From the IMG/VR virus record IMGVR_UViG_3300032242_000550, positions 1-64,000 of that record: a stretch of DNA of 64,000 bases. One strand, given 5' to 3'. Positions 19,910-27,984 of the stretch are shown piece by piece. The stretch is from a virus. Under the pieces are notes generated by a model, which was not told the DNA's origin, searched no databases, and worked only from the letters and a program-made list of their open reading frames with translations. Position 1 is the stretch's first letter. Every line of letters begins with the position of its first letter. The position numbers and the translations under genes were made by a program.

Positions 19910-20161
19910 TTATGACCATTTCAATTCATAAAATAATGCTTCTTGTGGATCTTCAAATGCAATACAGCTAGGAGTTAACAACTCAAATAGGTTATTAGAT
20001 ACTGTAGGATGTGTTACACTAAACCTACCACTAAGCTTATCTAATACCCATTGCTTAGATTCAGATGTGCATGGATATGATGTTACAATAAAATGCTTAG
20101 GTGTATAAGGTAATTCTCTCTCACTAAACCATGTGATAGGATCTAACTTATATTCTATCAT
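19910..20161 (-). CDS. Hypothetical phage protein
   Basis: 83 aa; ATGA coupling; ends AFEDPQEALFYELKWS. Confidence 0.7.
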   Translation of the reverse strand: MIEYKLDPITWFSERELPYTPKHFIVTSYPCTSESKQWVLDKLSGRFSVTHPTVSNNLFELLTPSCIAFEDPQEALFYELKWS

Positions 20162-20589
20162 TTAGTTAAATTATCCAACATCTTGTATTTTTCGTAGGCT
20201 TCTACTACTGCAGGCGTACTGTTATCATTTGTGGGTACAACTTGCATCCACAATCCATAACCCAACTTAGCAGGATGGTCATAGTAAAAATAATGTCCGG
20301 TTGTTCTACCTTCACTATCAAATACTCTAGGTTGATGTATCCTACCTGAAAAATACAATTTAGTAGCTAGATTTTTTACTTCATTCAAATCATAATCACC
20401 TAGTCCATATTGCGCAGGATTACGTGCATACGGATTACCTTCTGCGTGATATTGTTCTACTACTTTCATAAAGGAACCGTAGTCAGGACACAATGTACGT
20501 GTTATAATGAACATAACATCATCCTCGGACACTTCACCTGCCATCAAGCTAAGTAAACAACTACCAAGGCTTGTACCAATATACTTCAT
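20158..20589 (-). CDS. Hypothetical phage protein
   Basis: 143 aa; ATGA overlaps at both ends. Confidence 0.7.
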   Translation of the reverse strand: MKYIGTSLGSCLLSLMAGEVSEDDVMFIITRTLCPDYGSFMKVVEQYHAEGNPYARNPAQYGLGDYDLNEVKNLATKLYFSGRIHQPRVFDSEGRTTGHYFYYDHPAKLGYGLWMQVVPTNDNSTPAVVEAYEKYKMLDNLTK

Positions 20590-20957
20590 ACGATCAATTT
20601 TCTTTCACTTTTAACATAATCACTATAAACTTTTTTACCATTAGCTCTAATCCATTCTACAATAGGTTGTGGATTGTCATTAAATATTTCTGTAAGTTCT
20701 TTATACTTTAATGTGCTAGTGAATTCATAAATCTCATAGGCACGTTGACTATTAGACCTAGCACGAAGGATAAGCATTTGTAATGGGATACCTGTAGGTC
20801 TTGCCGGGATTTGTTCTTCTTTAAGAATACTAATGACTTTTTGCTTTTCCCATTCGTTGTATCTATCCATATGATAGTCAACATCATGTAGGCTTTCAAG
20901 GCCGTTACAGTCCCACATTGCCAAATAGTGTTTATTTTTCTTTCTTGACGAGGGCAT
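20586..20957 (-). CDS. Hypothetical phage protein
   Basis: 123 aa; AMWDCNGLE motif; coupled to neighbours. Confidence 0.7.
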   Translation of the reverse strand: MPSSRKKNKHYLAMWDCNGLESLHDVDYHMDRYNEWEKQKVISILKEEQIPARPTGIPLQMLILRARSNSQRAYEIYEFTSTLKYKELTEIFNDNPQPIVEWIRANGKKVYSDYVKSERKLIV

Positions 20958-21177
20958 ATAATATCTCTGCTTTATTGATTATATCTCTTAATGAAGGTTC
21001 GGTCTCTGCTAATTGAAGAATATTTCTCCACTCATACCATCTAGTGATATAATGTTTATCAGGATCTTCTTTAATCAAAGTACGGTCAGACGATCCACTA
21101 CTACGTGAGTAGACCGTCTTTCCACCATCAGGACTTTCGTAAATAATTATTTCTTCACTAGACTTAATCATTGTCAT
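20932..21177 (-). CDS. Hypothetical phage protein
   Basis: 81 aa; IYESPDGGKTVYSR motif. Confidence 0.7.
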   Translation of the reverse strand: MTMIKSSEEIIIYESPDGGKTVYSRSSGSSDRTLIKEDPDKHYITRWYEWRNILQLAETEPSLRDIINKAEILYALVKKEK

Positions 21178-21274
21178 CTTTTATCATTTCTAATAATTTA
21201 TTTAGGATAATAATAAACATCCAAATTAAACATAGTACAACGACTGAAATTACAATTTCATCTAACAAACTCAT
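21164..21274 (-). CDS. Possible 36-aa single-pass membrane peptide (not in the ORF track)
   Basis: MSLLDEIVISVVVLCLIWMFIIILNKLLEMIKDDND fills the gap between two genes. Confidence 0.4.
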   Translation of the reverse strand: MSLLDEIVISVVVLCLIWMFIIILNKLLEMIKDDND

Positions 21275-21279
21275 AACAT

Positions 21280-22551
21280 TTACTTTTCATCATAAATCGC
21301 ATATGTACCGAATGGGGGATTGGGATTCTTGTCACCATGAATGATCCATGTTGTATCACAATAGTCTGCATCACCCCAACTACCGTAAGGATATCCATCA
21401 GTAAATACAATCAATCGTTTAGGTACATTACCAACATCTTTCAAGTATGTAAAGATACAATCAAAATCAGTACCTCCACCGCCCATTGGCTCATATTCGT
21501 CAATCAGATCCATGTTCTCACTACTGAAGTCTTTTGGGTTATATGTCTCTGTATCAAAACAGAATACATGGACCTTATAACCATCAAAGCTATCCATCAT
21601 GCCACCAATCTCACCTAGAAATGCTTGTGCTTGCTTGTTACTGATACTACCTGACATATCAATAGCAATTACAACATCAATTTCTTCACCGGGATTCATA
21701 CCGGGCATGATTGCATCCATGTGCCAACCTCTACGTGAGGGACGCATCCAAGAGTAATCTGCACGAATAGCACTTGTCAGATTAGTTTGAATCAGTTCAC
21801 GCCAGGGCATAACTGGGTTAGTATGTTGTTTGATTAGTCTTTCAACACCTAAGGGCAATGAACCTGCTTCTGCACTACTTGCGGCATTGATAATAGCTTG
21901 TTTAACTTCCTGACGTACACGTTCACGTTCTTCAGGACTCATTGAGGGACGCTTACCTTTACCCTCACTATCACCTTCACCGTCTCCCTCACCTTCACCA
22001 TCCATGTGGTCATCAATCATCTGGTCAAGCAAATCTTCAATAGAGATTTTCTGAACATTTTTCATTAAGTCATCATAAATTTCTTCTGCAGGCTTACCAT
22101 CATATTTTGTTTCATATAAGCAAGGTACTGTCTTAATGAACTCACCGACTCTATGACGTTTCAAATCAGCATTGACAGCATAGTCATCAGCAATGTTCCA
22201 GATTTGTGGATCACGATTACCTCTACGACCCATGTGGTCATATACAACGTGCAACACTTCATGCCCAACTAAGAATTCAACTTCTTTAGGTTTCAACATC
22301 ATAATGAAACGACTATTGTAGTAAAACTTTAAGCCATCAGTTGCCGCTGTACTACACCACTCATCTGCATTGATTAATTGCATACGTGTAGCAAGATTGC
22401 CGAAAAAACTATGACGTAGTAATAGACCAATACGTGCGGTAACTAATCGTTCACGTGCTTGGTAGTCAACTTTACTATCTGTAGGTCCTACAAGATTCTC
22501 AAATTTCTTACTACGACTACGTTTTTTGCTGGGATTAAGTACATCACTCAT
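21280..22551 (-). CDS. HExxH metallopeptidase-like domain plus vWA domain protein (DUF2201-like)
   Basis: TAATDG, GHEVLH (HExxH), WNIADDYAVN; MIDAS motif DMSGS, GGGGTDF, VFTDG. Confidence 0.88.
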   Translation of the reverse strand: MSDVLNPSKKRSRSKKFENLVGPTDSKVDYQARERLVTARIGLLLRHSFFGNLATRMQLINADEWCSTAATDGLKFYYNSRFIMMLKPKEVEFLVGHEVLHVVYDHMGRRGNRDPQIWNIADDYAVNADLKRHRVGEFIKTVPCLYETKYDGKPAEEIYDDLMKNVQKISIEDLLDQMIDDHMDGEGEGDGEGDSEGKGKRPSMSPEERERVRQEVKQAIINAASSAEAGSLPLGVERLIKQHTNPVMPWRELIQTNLTSAIRADYSWMRPSRRGWHMDAIMPGMNPGEEIDVVIAIDMSGSISNKQAQAFLGEIGGMMDSFDGYKVHVFCFDTETYNPKDFSSENMDLIDEYEPMGGGGTDFDCIFTYLKDVGNVPKRLIVFTDGYPYGSWGDADYCDTTWIIHGDKNPNPPFGTYAIYDEK

Positions 22552-22577
22552 ATTGGTCCTTTGTTGTTTATGTATGT

Positions 22578-22606
22578 ATTATACACAAGTTTAAATTTAT
22601 TGTCAA
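22578..22606 (-). promoter_or_regulatory. sigma70-type early promoter
   Basis: TTGACA-ataaatttaaacttgtg(17)-TATAAT. Confidence 0.85.
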
Positions 22607-22607
22607 A

Positions 22608-22772
22608 TCACATTGACAATTTGCGATAGCCTTTGTCAAAGTAAATCCTTGCATAGTCTGTGGCTCCTTTAAGATAAAGATCCTCGGCTACTGTTCTGTT
22701 TAGACCACGATCTCGGGCACTTTGACCCTTAGCGTAGAAATACTTTTTGCCTGATAATATCTTTGTTGCCAT
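22608..22772 (-). CDS. Small basic hypothetical protein (54 aa)
   Basis: Likely start MATKILSGKK at 22772, immediately after the ATPase stop, rather than 22826. Confidence 0.55.
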   Translation of the reverse strand: MATKILSGKKYFYAKGQSARDRGLNRTVAEDLYLKGATDYARIYFDKGYRKLSM

Positions 22773-22773
22773 T

Positions 22774-23874
22774 TTAGTTACCTGCATCAACAATATATTT
22801 GCCATACTTCTTGTGGAAGTCATCAAAATTCTTCAACTGACTTGGCTCAATCGGCAACTTGTATGTTTTAAGTGCAATCTTTGCGCCCATAACAACCAAT
22901 TCAGTTTCAAAGTTTGCCATGATATAACTAAAGAAGTTATCAGCCATTGTGTGAAACTCTTTCATAGAAACTTTCTTAGTTTCCAATGCATCACGCAATT
23001 CATAGCACATAGAAATAGTCAATGAATACATTGCCGAAATTTCTTTCACAGACAAATCTTTCACTTTACCAGAAAGAATGTCACTTGGCTCAGGCATACG
23101 TCCTGCAATCTTACGGTGTGCCGCAAACTTAACAGCAAGACCTTCACCAACAGCACCACTAATCAAATTGAACAATGTATCAGTATCTGTATCATCTTCA
23201 TCATTCAACAAATCTGATACGAAACACCATGAACGAGGTGTAGCAAACGCACGTGAACTAGATTTACTATCAAATTCGTACAAGTCTTGTTTAGCAAAAC
23301 TCAGATAACCCACAACGTCTTTGTGAATACCTTTGTCAACTGCCCAATTCTGCCATGCAGTAAAATCTGCTCGCATTTCCAAGTGCAAGAAACGATTAGC
23401 TAGGGGCATCGGCATTCTAAATGTAACACCTTTATCACTATCACGATTACCTGCCGCTACAATAACAACGTTATCGGGCAATACATACTTACCAACTCTA
23501 CGATTCAAAATCAATTGATAACCTGCTGCCTGTACTGCAGGGCTTGCACTATTCATTTCATCTAAGAATAACACAACAATCGGGTATTGACTTGCAAGTT
23601 CTTCATCAGGCAAATCAACCGGTGCCGCCCAGTCCATCTTATTAATATCTTTGTTGAAGAATGGGATACCACGAATATCTGTAGGTTCCATTTGTGCCAT
23701 ACGCAAATCAATCATATGACCTTTAAGTTCTTCTGTAACTTCTGCTACAACTTCACTTTTACCGATGCCGGGCGGGCCCCACAAGAATAGTGGACGTTTT
23801 GCTTTGAAAGCTTTGAGAATAGCTTTACGGGCCTGTACTGACGTAATTGTCAGATTGTCTGATACTGATGCCAT
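22774..23874 (-). CDS. MoxR-family AAA+ ATPase
   Basis: Walker A GPPGIGKS, DIRGIP, Walker B LFLDEMN, AAGNR, arginine finger LANRF, ATPRSW; CAGGAG Shine-Dalgarno. Confidence 0.92.
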   Translation of the reverse strand: MASVSDNLTITSVQARKAILKAFKAKRPLFLWGPPGIGKSEVVAEVTEELKGHMIDLRMAQMEPTDIRGIPFFNKDINKMDWAAPVDLPDEELASQYPIVVLFLDEMNSASPAVQAAGYQLILNRRVGKYVLPDNVVIVAAGNRDSDKGVTFRMPMPLANRFLHLEMRADFTAWQNWAVDKGIHKDVVGYLSFAKQDLYEFDSKSSSRAFATPRSWCFVSDLLNDEDDTDTDTLFNLISGAVGEGLAVKFAAHRKIAGRMPEPSDILSGKVKDLSVKEISAMYSLTISMCYELRDALETKKVSMKEFHTMADNFFSYIMANFETELVVMGAKIALKTYKLPIEPSQLKNFDDFHKKYGKYIVDAGN

Positions 23875-23905
23875 TAGTTGCTCCTGTTAAAAATTTGATA
23901 TATGA

Positions 23906-23934
23906 AGTATAGTAGAAAACTGATTTATTGTCAA
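23906..23934 (-). promoter_or_regulatory. sigma70-type early promoter
   Basis: TTGACA-ataaatcagttttctac(17)-TATACT. Confidence 0.85.
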
Positions 23935-24007
23935 ATTTTGTATTGTTGTTTATTTACAACAACTATCAATTTGATTAACTAGTCAGTTTTCTATCTTCAA
24001 TACATGT

Positions 24008-24036
24008 ATTGTATCACCGTTTTGATTTATTGTCAA
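24008..24036 (-). promoter_or_regulatory. sigma70-type early promoter
   Basis: TTGACA-ataaatcaaaacggtga(17)-TACAAT. Confidence 0.8.
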
Positions 24037-24038
24037 AT

Positions 24039-24335
24039 TTACGCAATACTCTTGTATGCTGTACTAAGCATAGTTTGCAGTAGAGTGCTGGCCCTGCTCA
24101 CATCAAAGTTTTCTTGACGATAGTGCCATTTTTTCTTACGTTCTGCAATTTCTAGTAGGTCCATTAATTGATACTTGTCTTTTAGATCACGTGTACCCAT
24201 AAGCAATTTTTGCATATCTACAATGTCTAAGCTGTACTCTACCCATTTCATTGTGCTATTGATTTTCTTTTTGGGTATCATTAATGGACCTTCAACTGAA
24301 GTTCTGTATTTTGTTACATAGTTTGCTACGTTCAT
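24039..24335 (-). CDS. Hypothetical early protein
   Basis: 98 aa; TAAGGA Shine-Dalgarno; own sigma70 promoter. Confidence 0.75.
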   Translation of the reverse strand: MNVANYVTKYRTSVEGPLMIPKKKINSTMKWVEYSLDIVDMQKLLMGTRDLKDKYQLMDLLEIAERKKKWHYRQENFDVSRASTLLQTMLSTAYKSIA

Positions 24336-24362
24336 AATAGGTCCTTAGTTAATTGAAACTCT

Positions 24363-24391
24363 ATTATAGACCCAAAATGATTTATTGTCAA
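24363..24391 (-). promoter_or_regulatory. sigma70-type early promoter
   Basis: TTGACA-ataaatcattttgggtc(17)-TATAAT. Confidence 0.85.
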
Positions 24392-24392
24392 A

Positions 24393-24647
24393 TTACTTCA
24401 TAAGATTGGCCATCAATAACAATTTTTCTAAGTGATTGATAGCTATATTGATATCGGCTACTTTATCATCAAGCATATTGAACTTGCCCGTTCTGCGTAT
24501 AGCTACCTCAAGTTTGCTTAATTCAGTAACCATTTTGTCAATGTTTTTGTGCATACGAACTAGATCTGGATTATATCCAATGCCATTCATTTGACTATGT
24601 AAGTCAATGCTAACTTGATTCCAATCTATTGCACGTTGTATTTTCAT
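24393..24647 (-). CDS. Hypothetical early protein
   Basis: Probable start MKIQRAIDW at 24647; the longer track ORF runs through a promoter and a terminator. Confidence 0.65.
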   Translation of the reverse strand: MKIQRAIDWNQVSIDLHSQMNGIGYNPDLVRMHKNIDKMVTELSKLEVAIRRTGKFNMLDDKVADINIAINHLEKLLLMANLMK

Positions 24648-24653
24648 ATTGTA

Positions 24654-24683
24654 ACTATAACATAGTAATGGATATTTAGTCAA
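24654..24683 (-). promoter_or_regulatory. sigma70-type promoter with an embedded CTAAATA late-type box
   Basis: TTGACT-aaatatccattactatgt(18)-TATAGT. Confidence 0.55.
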
Positions 24684-24713
24684 CAAAAAAGGCACCATAG
24701 TGCCTTTGTTTTT
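24682..24713 (-). terminator. Intrinsic terminator, bidirectional
   Basis: AAAGGCAC-CATA-GTGCCTTT flanked by A/T tracts, right after the repeat-protein gene. Confidence 0.8.
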
Positions 24714-24725
24714 GTGTTTATGTGA

Positions 24726-25667
24726 TTATGATAACCCGTAACTTGCGGCTGCAAGTTGTTGTCTAGCAGAACCAACACCTGCGGTATCTGTGGCTACTAT
24801 GCCAGTATTTGATACTAGGTTTGTTATTGCTGTATAAGAATAGCCAAATCCAAATATAGCAGTATCTACCCCATATCCGGCGGCTGCTAGGTCACATCTA
24901 GCAGTACCTACACCTGTGGTATCAGTAGCAACTACACCAGTATTTGATACTAGGTTGGTCATTGAATAACGAGGAGTCTGATTATTAGGGTCGGTAGTTC
25001 CATATCCAAATATAGCTTTATCAGTTCCATAACCTGCGGCTGCTAGGTCACATCTGACAGTGCCAACGCCTGTGGTGTCAGTAGCAACTACACCGGTGTT
25101 TGAAACTTTGTTGGTCATTGATAACGCTACAGAACCGTTATTCCCATATCCAAAGATAGCTTTATCCGTACCATAACCTGCCGATGCCAAAGCATATCTA
25201 GCAGTGCCAGTACCACCCGTGTCAGTAGCAACCACTCCAGTGTTTGAAACTAGATTGGTAATTGATTGTTGTGAGGTAGTATAACCGTATCCAAAGATAG
25301 CTTTATCCGTACCATAACCTGCGGCTGCTATATAGTATCTAGCAGTACCAACACCTGTGGTGTCTGTGGCGACTACACCTGTATTTGATACTAGGTTGGT
25401 CATTGATTTAGTTCCTGCATTGAACCCATACCCAAATATAGCCTTATCGGTGCCATAACCTGCGGCTGCTAGAAGCATTCTAGCTTGGCCAACACCTGTA
25501 GTGTCACTAGCAACTACTCCTGTGTTGCTTACAAGGTTTGTTATTGCCGTATACCCTCCTCCGTTAATATATCCATATCCAAATATAGCCTTAGCTGAAG
25601 GTGGAGGTTTAGCTATACTAAACCCACCGGTAAATGTTATACCACCTAAAAACGTCATGTCTGCCAT
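24726..25667 (-). CDS. Six-repeat, probably beta-propeller, virion-associated protein
   Basis: Six ~47-aa units AIFGYG-x(n)-TNLVSNTGVVATDTTGVGTAR-xx-LAAAGYGTDK; late box CTAAATA at 25686-25692; AGGGG Shine-Dalgarno. Confidence 0.8.
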   Translation of the reverse strand: MADMTFLGGITFTGGFSIAKPPPSAKAIFGYGYINGGGYTAITNLVSNTGVVASDTTGVGQARMLLAAAGYGTDKAIFGYGFNAGTKSMTNLVSNTGVVATDTTGVGTARYYIAAAGYGTDKAIFGYGYTTSQQSITNLVSNTGVVATDTGGTGTARYALASAGYGTDKAIFGYGNNGSVALSMTNKVSNTGVVATDTTGVGTVRCDLAAAGYGTDKAIFGYGTTDPNNQTPRYSMTNLVSNTGVVATDTTGVGTARCDLAAAGYGVDTAIFGFGYSYTAITNLVSNTGIVATDTAGVGSARQQLAAASYGLS

Positions 25668-25700
25668 ACTATATCCCCTTTAATATATTTAGCAAAAAAC

Positions 25701-25727
25701 AAAAAAGGCTCATAAAGAGCCTTTTTA
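25701..25727 (-). terminator. Intrinsic terminator after the porin gene
   Basis: AAAAAGGCTC-ATAAA-GAGCCTTTTT. Confidence 0.8.
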
Positions 25728-25745
25728 TATAATCTTAATTAAAGA

Positions 25746-26651
25746 TTAAAAGCTATGTGCTAAACCAATACCAAATTGCTTAACATCATTAGCTGTACCA
25801 CCTGCGTCAACATTGCGATAAGCAACTAAAACATTTGTACGCTTGCTAAAAGCATAGTTAACACCTACGTTATATGCTTTAGTTTCACCTGCGACTAAAC
25901 CAGTCTTAGTAGCATAGCTGCCTTTTAAGCTAACAGCACCAGTAACTGGTAATGTTGCGCCATAAAAATGACCTTTAGTCTTAACAATACCGGTTTTATC
26001 TTCACTTTGAATAGTAGATAACTCTAAACCACCTACTTTACCACCCAATGTTACTACATTAGTATAGTCTGTACCTGATGCAAAACGTGCGGCTGCGCCA
26101 GTTACTGGACCTAATTTACCACCAAGACTCCAACTAGTAGCTTCTGGTGTAGCAGGACTTGTGTACATACTACGGTCATATGTAATAGCGACAGAACTAA
26201 AATTTGTAGCTAAATAAGCACCATCACCAATACGCTTGTCACGGATGTTAATAACATCTGGAGAAACAGATGCATATGTTGCACCTGCAAATGGATCAGC
26301 GTTTTTCATAGTGATATATTCGCTATGTTCTTTACGACCTAAATCAATACTACCAACTCTAGTAGAAATACCTATAGTGCTTTGGCGATCACCAAATTGT
26401 GTTGCAGCTCCTGCTTTTGGATCATCGGCTGCTACAGATGTATCAAGTATAACTCTAGCTGTTAAGCCACTGCCTAACTTTTCTTCAACTTTGATACCGA
26501 AACGGCTTGAATCATTAACTAGTGAGTTAACTTTGGTAGTACCAGTTTTTGTGCTATCAGCAAATTCGCTGAGTCTGCCATACACAGTTACCTGTGCTGA
26601 TGCAACCATTGTCGTTGCTGCCAATAATGTCGCTAATGCGATTTTTTTCAT
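25746..26651 (-). CDS. Gram-negative outer-membrane porin
   Basis: Signal peptide MKKIALATLLAATTMVASA/Q, VTVYGRL, SSRFGIKVEEKLGSGL, YAFSKRT, alternating beta-strands and C-terminal Phe (GLAHSF). Confidence 0.9.
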   Translation of the reverse strand: MKKIALATLLAATTMVASAQVTVYGRLSEFADSTKTGTTKVNSLVNDSSRFGIKVEEKLGSGLTARVILDTSVAADDPKAGAATQFGDRQSTIGISTRVGSIDLGRKEHSEYITMKNADPFAGATYASVSPDVINIRDKRIGDGAYLATNFSSVAITYDRSMYTSPATPEATSWSLGGKLGPVTGAAARFASGTDYTNVVTLGGKVGGLELSTIQSEDKTGIVKTKGHFYGATLPVTGAVSLKGSYATKTGLVAGETKAYNVGVNYAFSKRTNVLVAYRNVDAGGTANDVKQFGIGLAHSF

Positions 26652-26696
26652 AAGATTTTCCTTTAAAATTAAACCTGTTTCAACAGGCTAGACTAA

Positions 26697-26704
26697 TATT
26701 TATA
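26697..26704 (-). promoter_or_regulatory. T4-type late promoter for the porin
   Basis: Exact TATAAATA 46 nt upstream of the ATG. Confidence 0.65.
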
Positions 26705-26758
26705 ACAATTTTTATGACCCATATAAAATAGTTGTTTACGTAAAAACAACTAGTATAA

Positions 26759-27637
26759 CTAGATTTTAGTACATAAAAACAGTTTTTCTGATATAATTTT
26801 GGCTAAAGGCATGCCAAAAGTCTTTGAACTAACAAAACTATCACTATCACTATTGTAATCAAGCCATGGACTAAAACCCAATACTAAATGTATTCTATCA
26901 TTTGGGTTATTGCAAGTTTTATTAATATTAACTCTATGTGGTATTCTAGTGTTCCATATATATGCTTTTCCAAGTTCAAGATGCACATCTTTTAGTGAAA
27001 GAGTATTACCATACTCATCTGAACCTTCAATATCTAATATATATTCTTCTGAAGTTTGTATAGGTATATTGATTCTAAATAAATGATTTGGGCTTTCATC
27101 TATATGCCAACCTGAATCTGTTGGAGTTTTCTCAAACATATTTAAATATGCAACTCTACTTCTTATTAATGGACAAGAAAATTTATTCAATAAAAAACCC
27201 AAATGTCTGTCTATTACAGGTAACACTTTTCTAAAACCATATGAATCATAATATGTGTTTTTTATATTTTGATGATTGCCCTTACCATTCTTAAATGCAA
27301 AAGATTGAGATAAAAATCTAGAACCAAACGTTTGATGATATATTGAAACATCACTATCAATATAGTCTGGGTTATATGTCAATGAAAAACCCTGATAAGA
27401 TTTAGATTCTTGTTCACCGGTCTTCCATGGCACAATACCTATCTCATTTTTTATACTATTTACAGCATTTAATATTTCAGTATGACTAGGCAAACCCAAT
27501 TCTTCTAAAGTATATTCATAGAAGTTATAATTTTCTAAACTGTTTTTATTGATTTCTTTACCAAATATACCTAGGTCTGTTAAGTAGCCGGCAGTGCTTT
27601 TGTTTTCTGGCACATCACTTAATTTAAGTTCAAACAT
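26759..27637 (-). CDS. 2OG-Fe(II) oxygenase-like protein (Asp/Asn beta-hydroxylase-like fold)
   Basis: RSRVAYL, WHID (HxD), RINIPIQT, WNTRIPHRV (distal His), RIHLVLG. Confidence 0.7.
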   Translation of the reverse strand: MFELKLSDVPENKSTAGYLTDLGIFGKEINKNSLENYNFYEYTLEELGLPSHTEILNAVNSIKNEIGIVPWKTGEQESKSYQGFSLTYNPDYIDSDVSIYHQTFGSRFLSQSFAFKNGKGNHQNIKNTYYDSYGFRKVLPVIDRHLGFLLNKFSCPLIRSRVAYLNMFEKTPTDSGWHIDESPNHLFRINIPIQTSEEYILDIEGSDEYGNTLSLKDVHLELGKAYIWNTRIPHRVNINKTCNNPNDRIHLVLGFSPWLDYNSDSDSFVSSKTFGMPLAKIISEKLFLCTKI

Positions 27638-27656
27638 AACGTTATTTAGTATTGGT

Positions 27657-27710
27657 AAAGGCTCCGTAGAGCCTTTATTGAGTAAAAAAATAGGGACCGA
27701 AGTCCCTATT
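27657..27710 (-). terminator. Tandem UNCG-tetraloop hairpins terminating the tmRNA
   Basis: Minus strand AATAGGGAC-TTCG-GTCCCTATT-TTTTT, then AAAGGCTC-TACG-GAGCCTTT. Confidence 0.85.
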
Positions 27711-27984
27711 GCTATTTTTGGTTACAAGGTATAACTACCTCGCTATCAGGCGTTTGCTGCCAATAGATATTGTGAATCGTTTGCGATTACTTTTTTTGCT
27801 TCTACGGCCGAGATACTCCCAACCCTAACGGCTTCTGCTTTGCCGAGCTGTCCACTCTGTTACTCTTTGCCCAATCGATCCTGTGTCATCCCCACCTAAA
27901 TATACATCATACACTTAGGTGGAGATGGCCGGCGCTGCCCCGGCGTCTTGAACTTATTTTACATCACTTCATACAGCAATAACT
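27711..27984 (-). ncRNA. ssrA: Circularly permuted (two-piece) tmRNA, alphaproteobacterial type; tag (A)ANDSQYLLAANA
   Basis: Minus strand order: T-arm GCCGG-GGCAGCG-CCGGC, acceptor 3' strand CATCTCC-ACC (27927-27918), self-complementary intervening segment, 5' strand GGGGATG (27893-27887; G3-U70 Ala identity), D-loop ACACAGGATCGA, tag ORF 27784-27746 with TGA TAG, and 3' pseudoknot GAGGT-A-GTTAT-ACCTT-GTAACCAAAA-ATAGC. The 5' end is approximate. Confidence 0.93.

Noticed and set aside
24726-25667. CRISPR array or DGR template/variable repeat
   Set aside because: Repeats are ~140 nt, in frame and coding, vary at synonymous sites and by indels rather than only at adenines; no cas or reverse transcriptase in the window.
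27887-27950. Stand-alone tRNA-Ala
   Set aside because: No anticodon arm; acceptor strands are in permuted order and followed by a tag ORF, so it is tmRNA.
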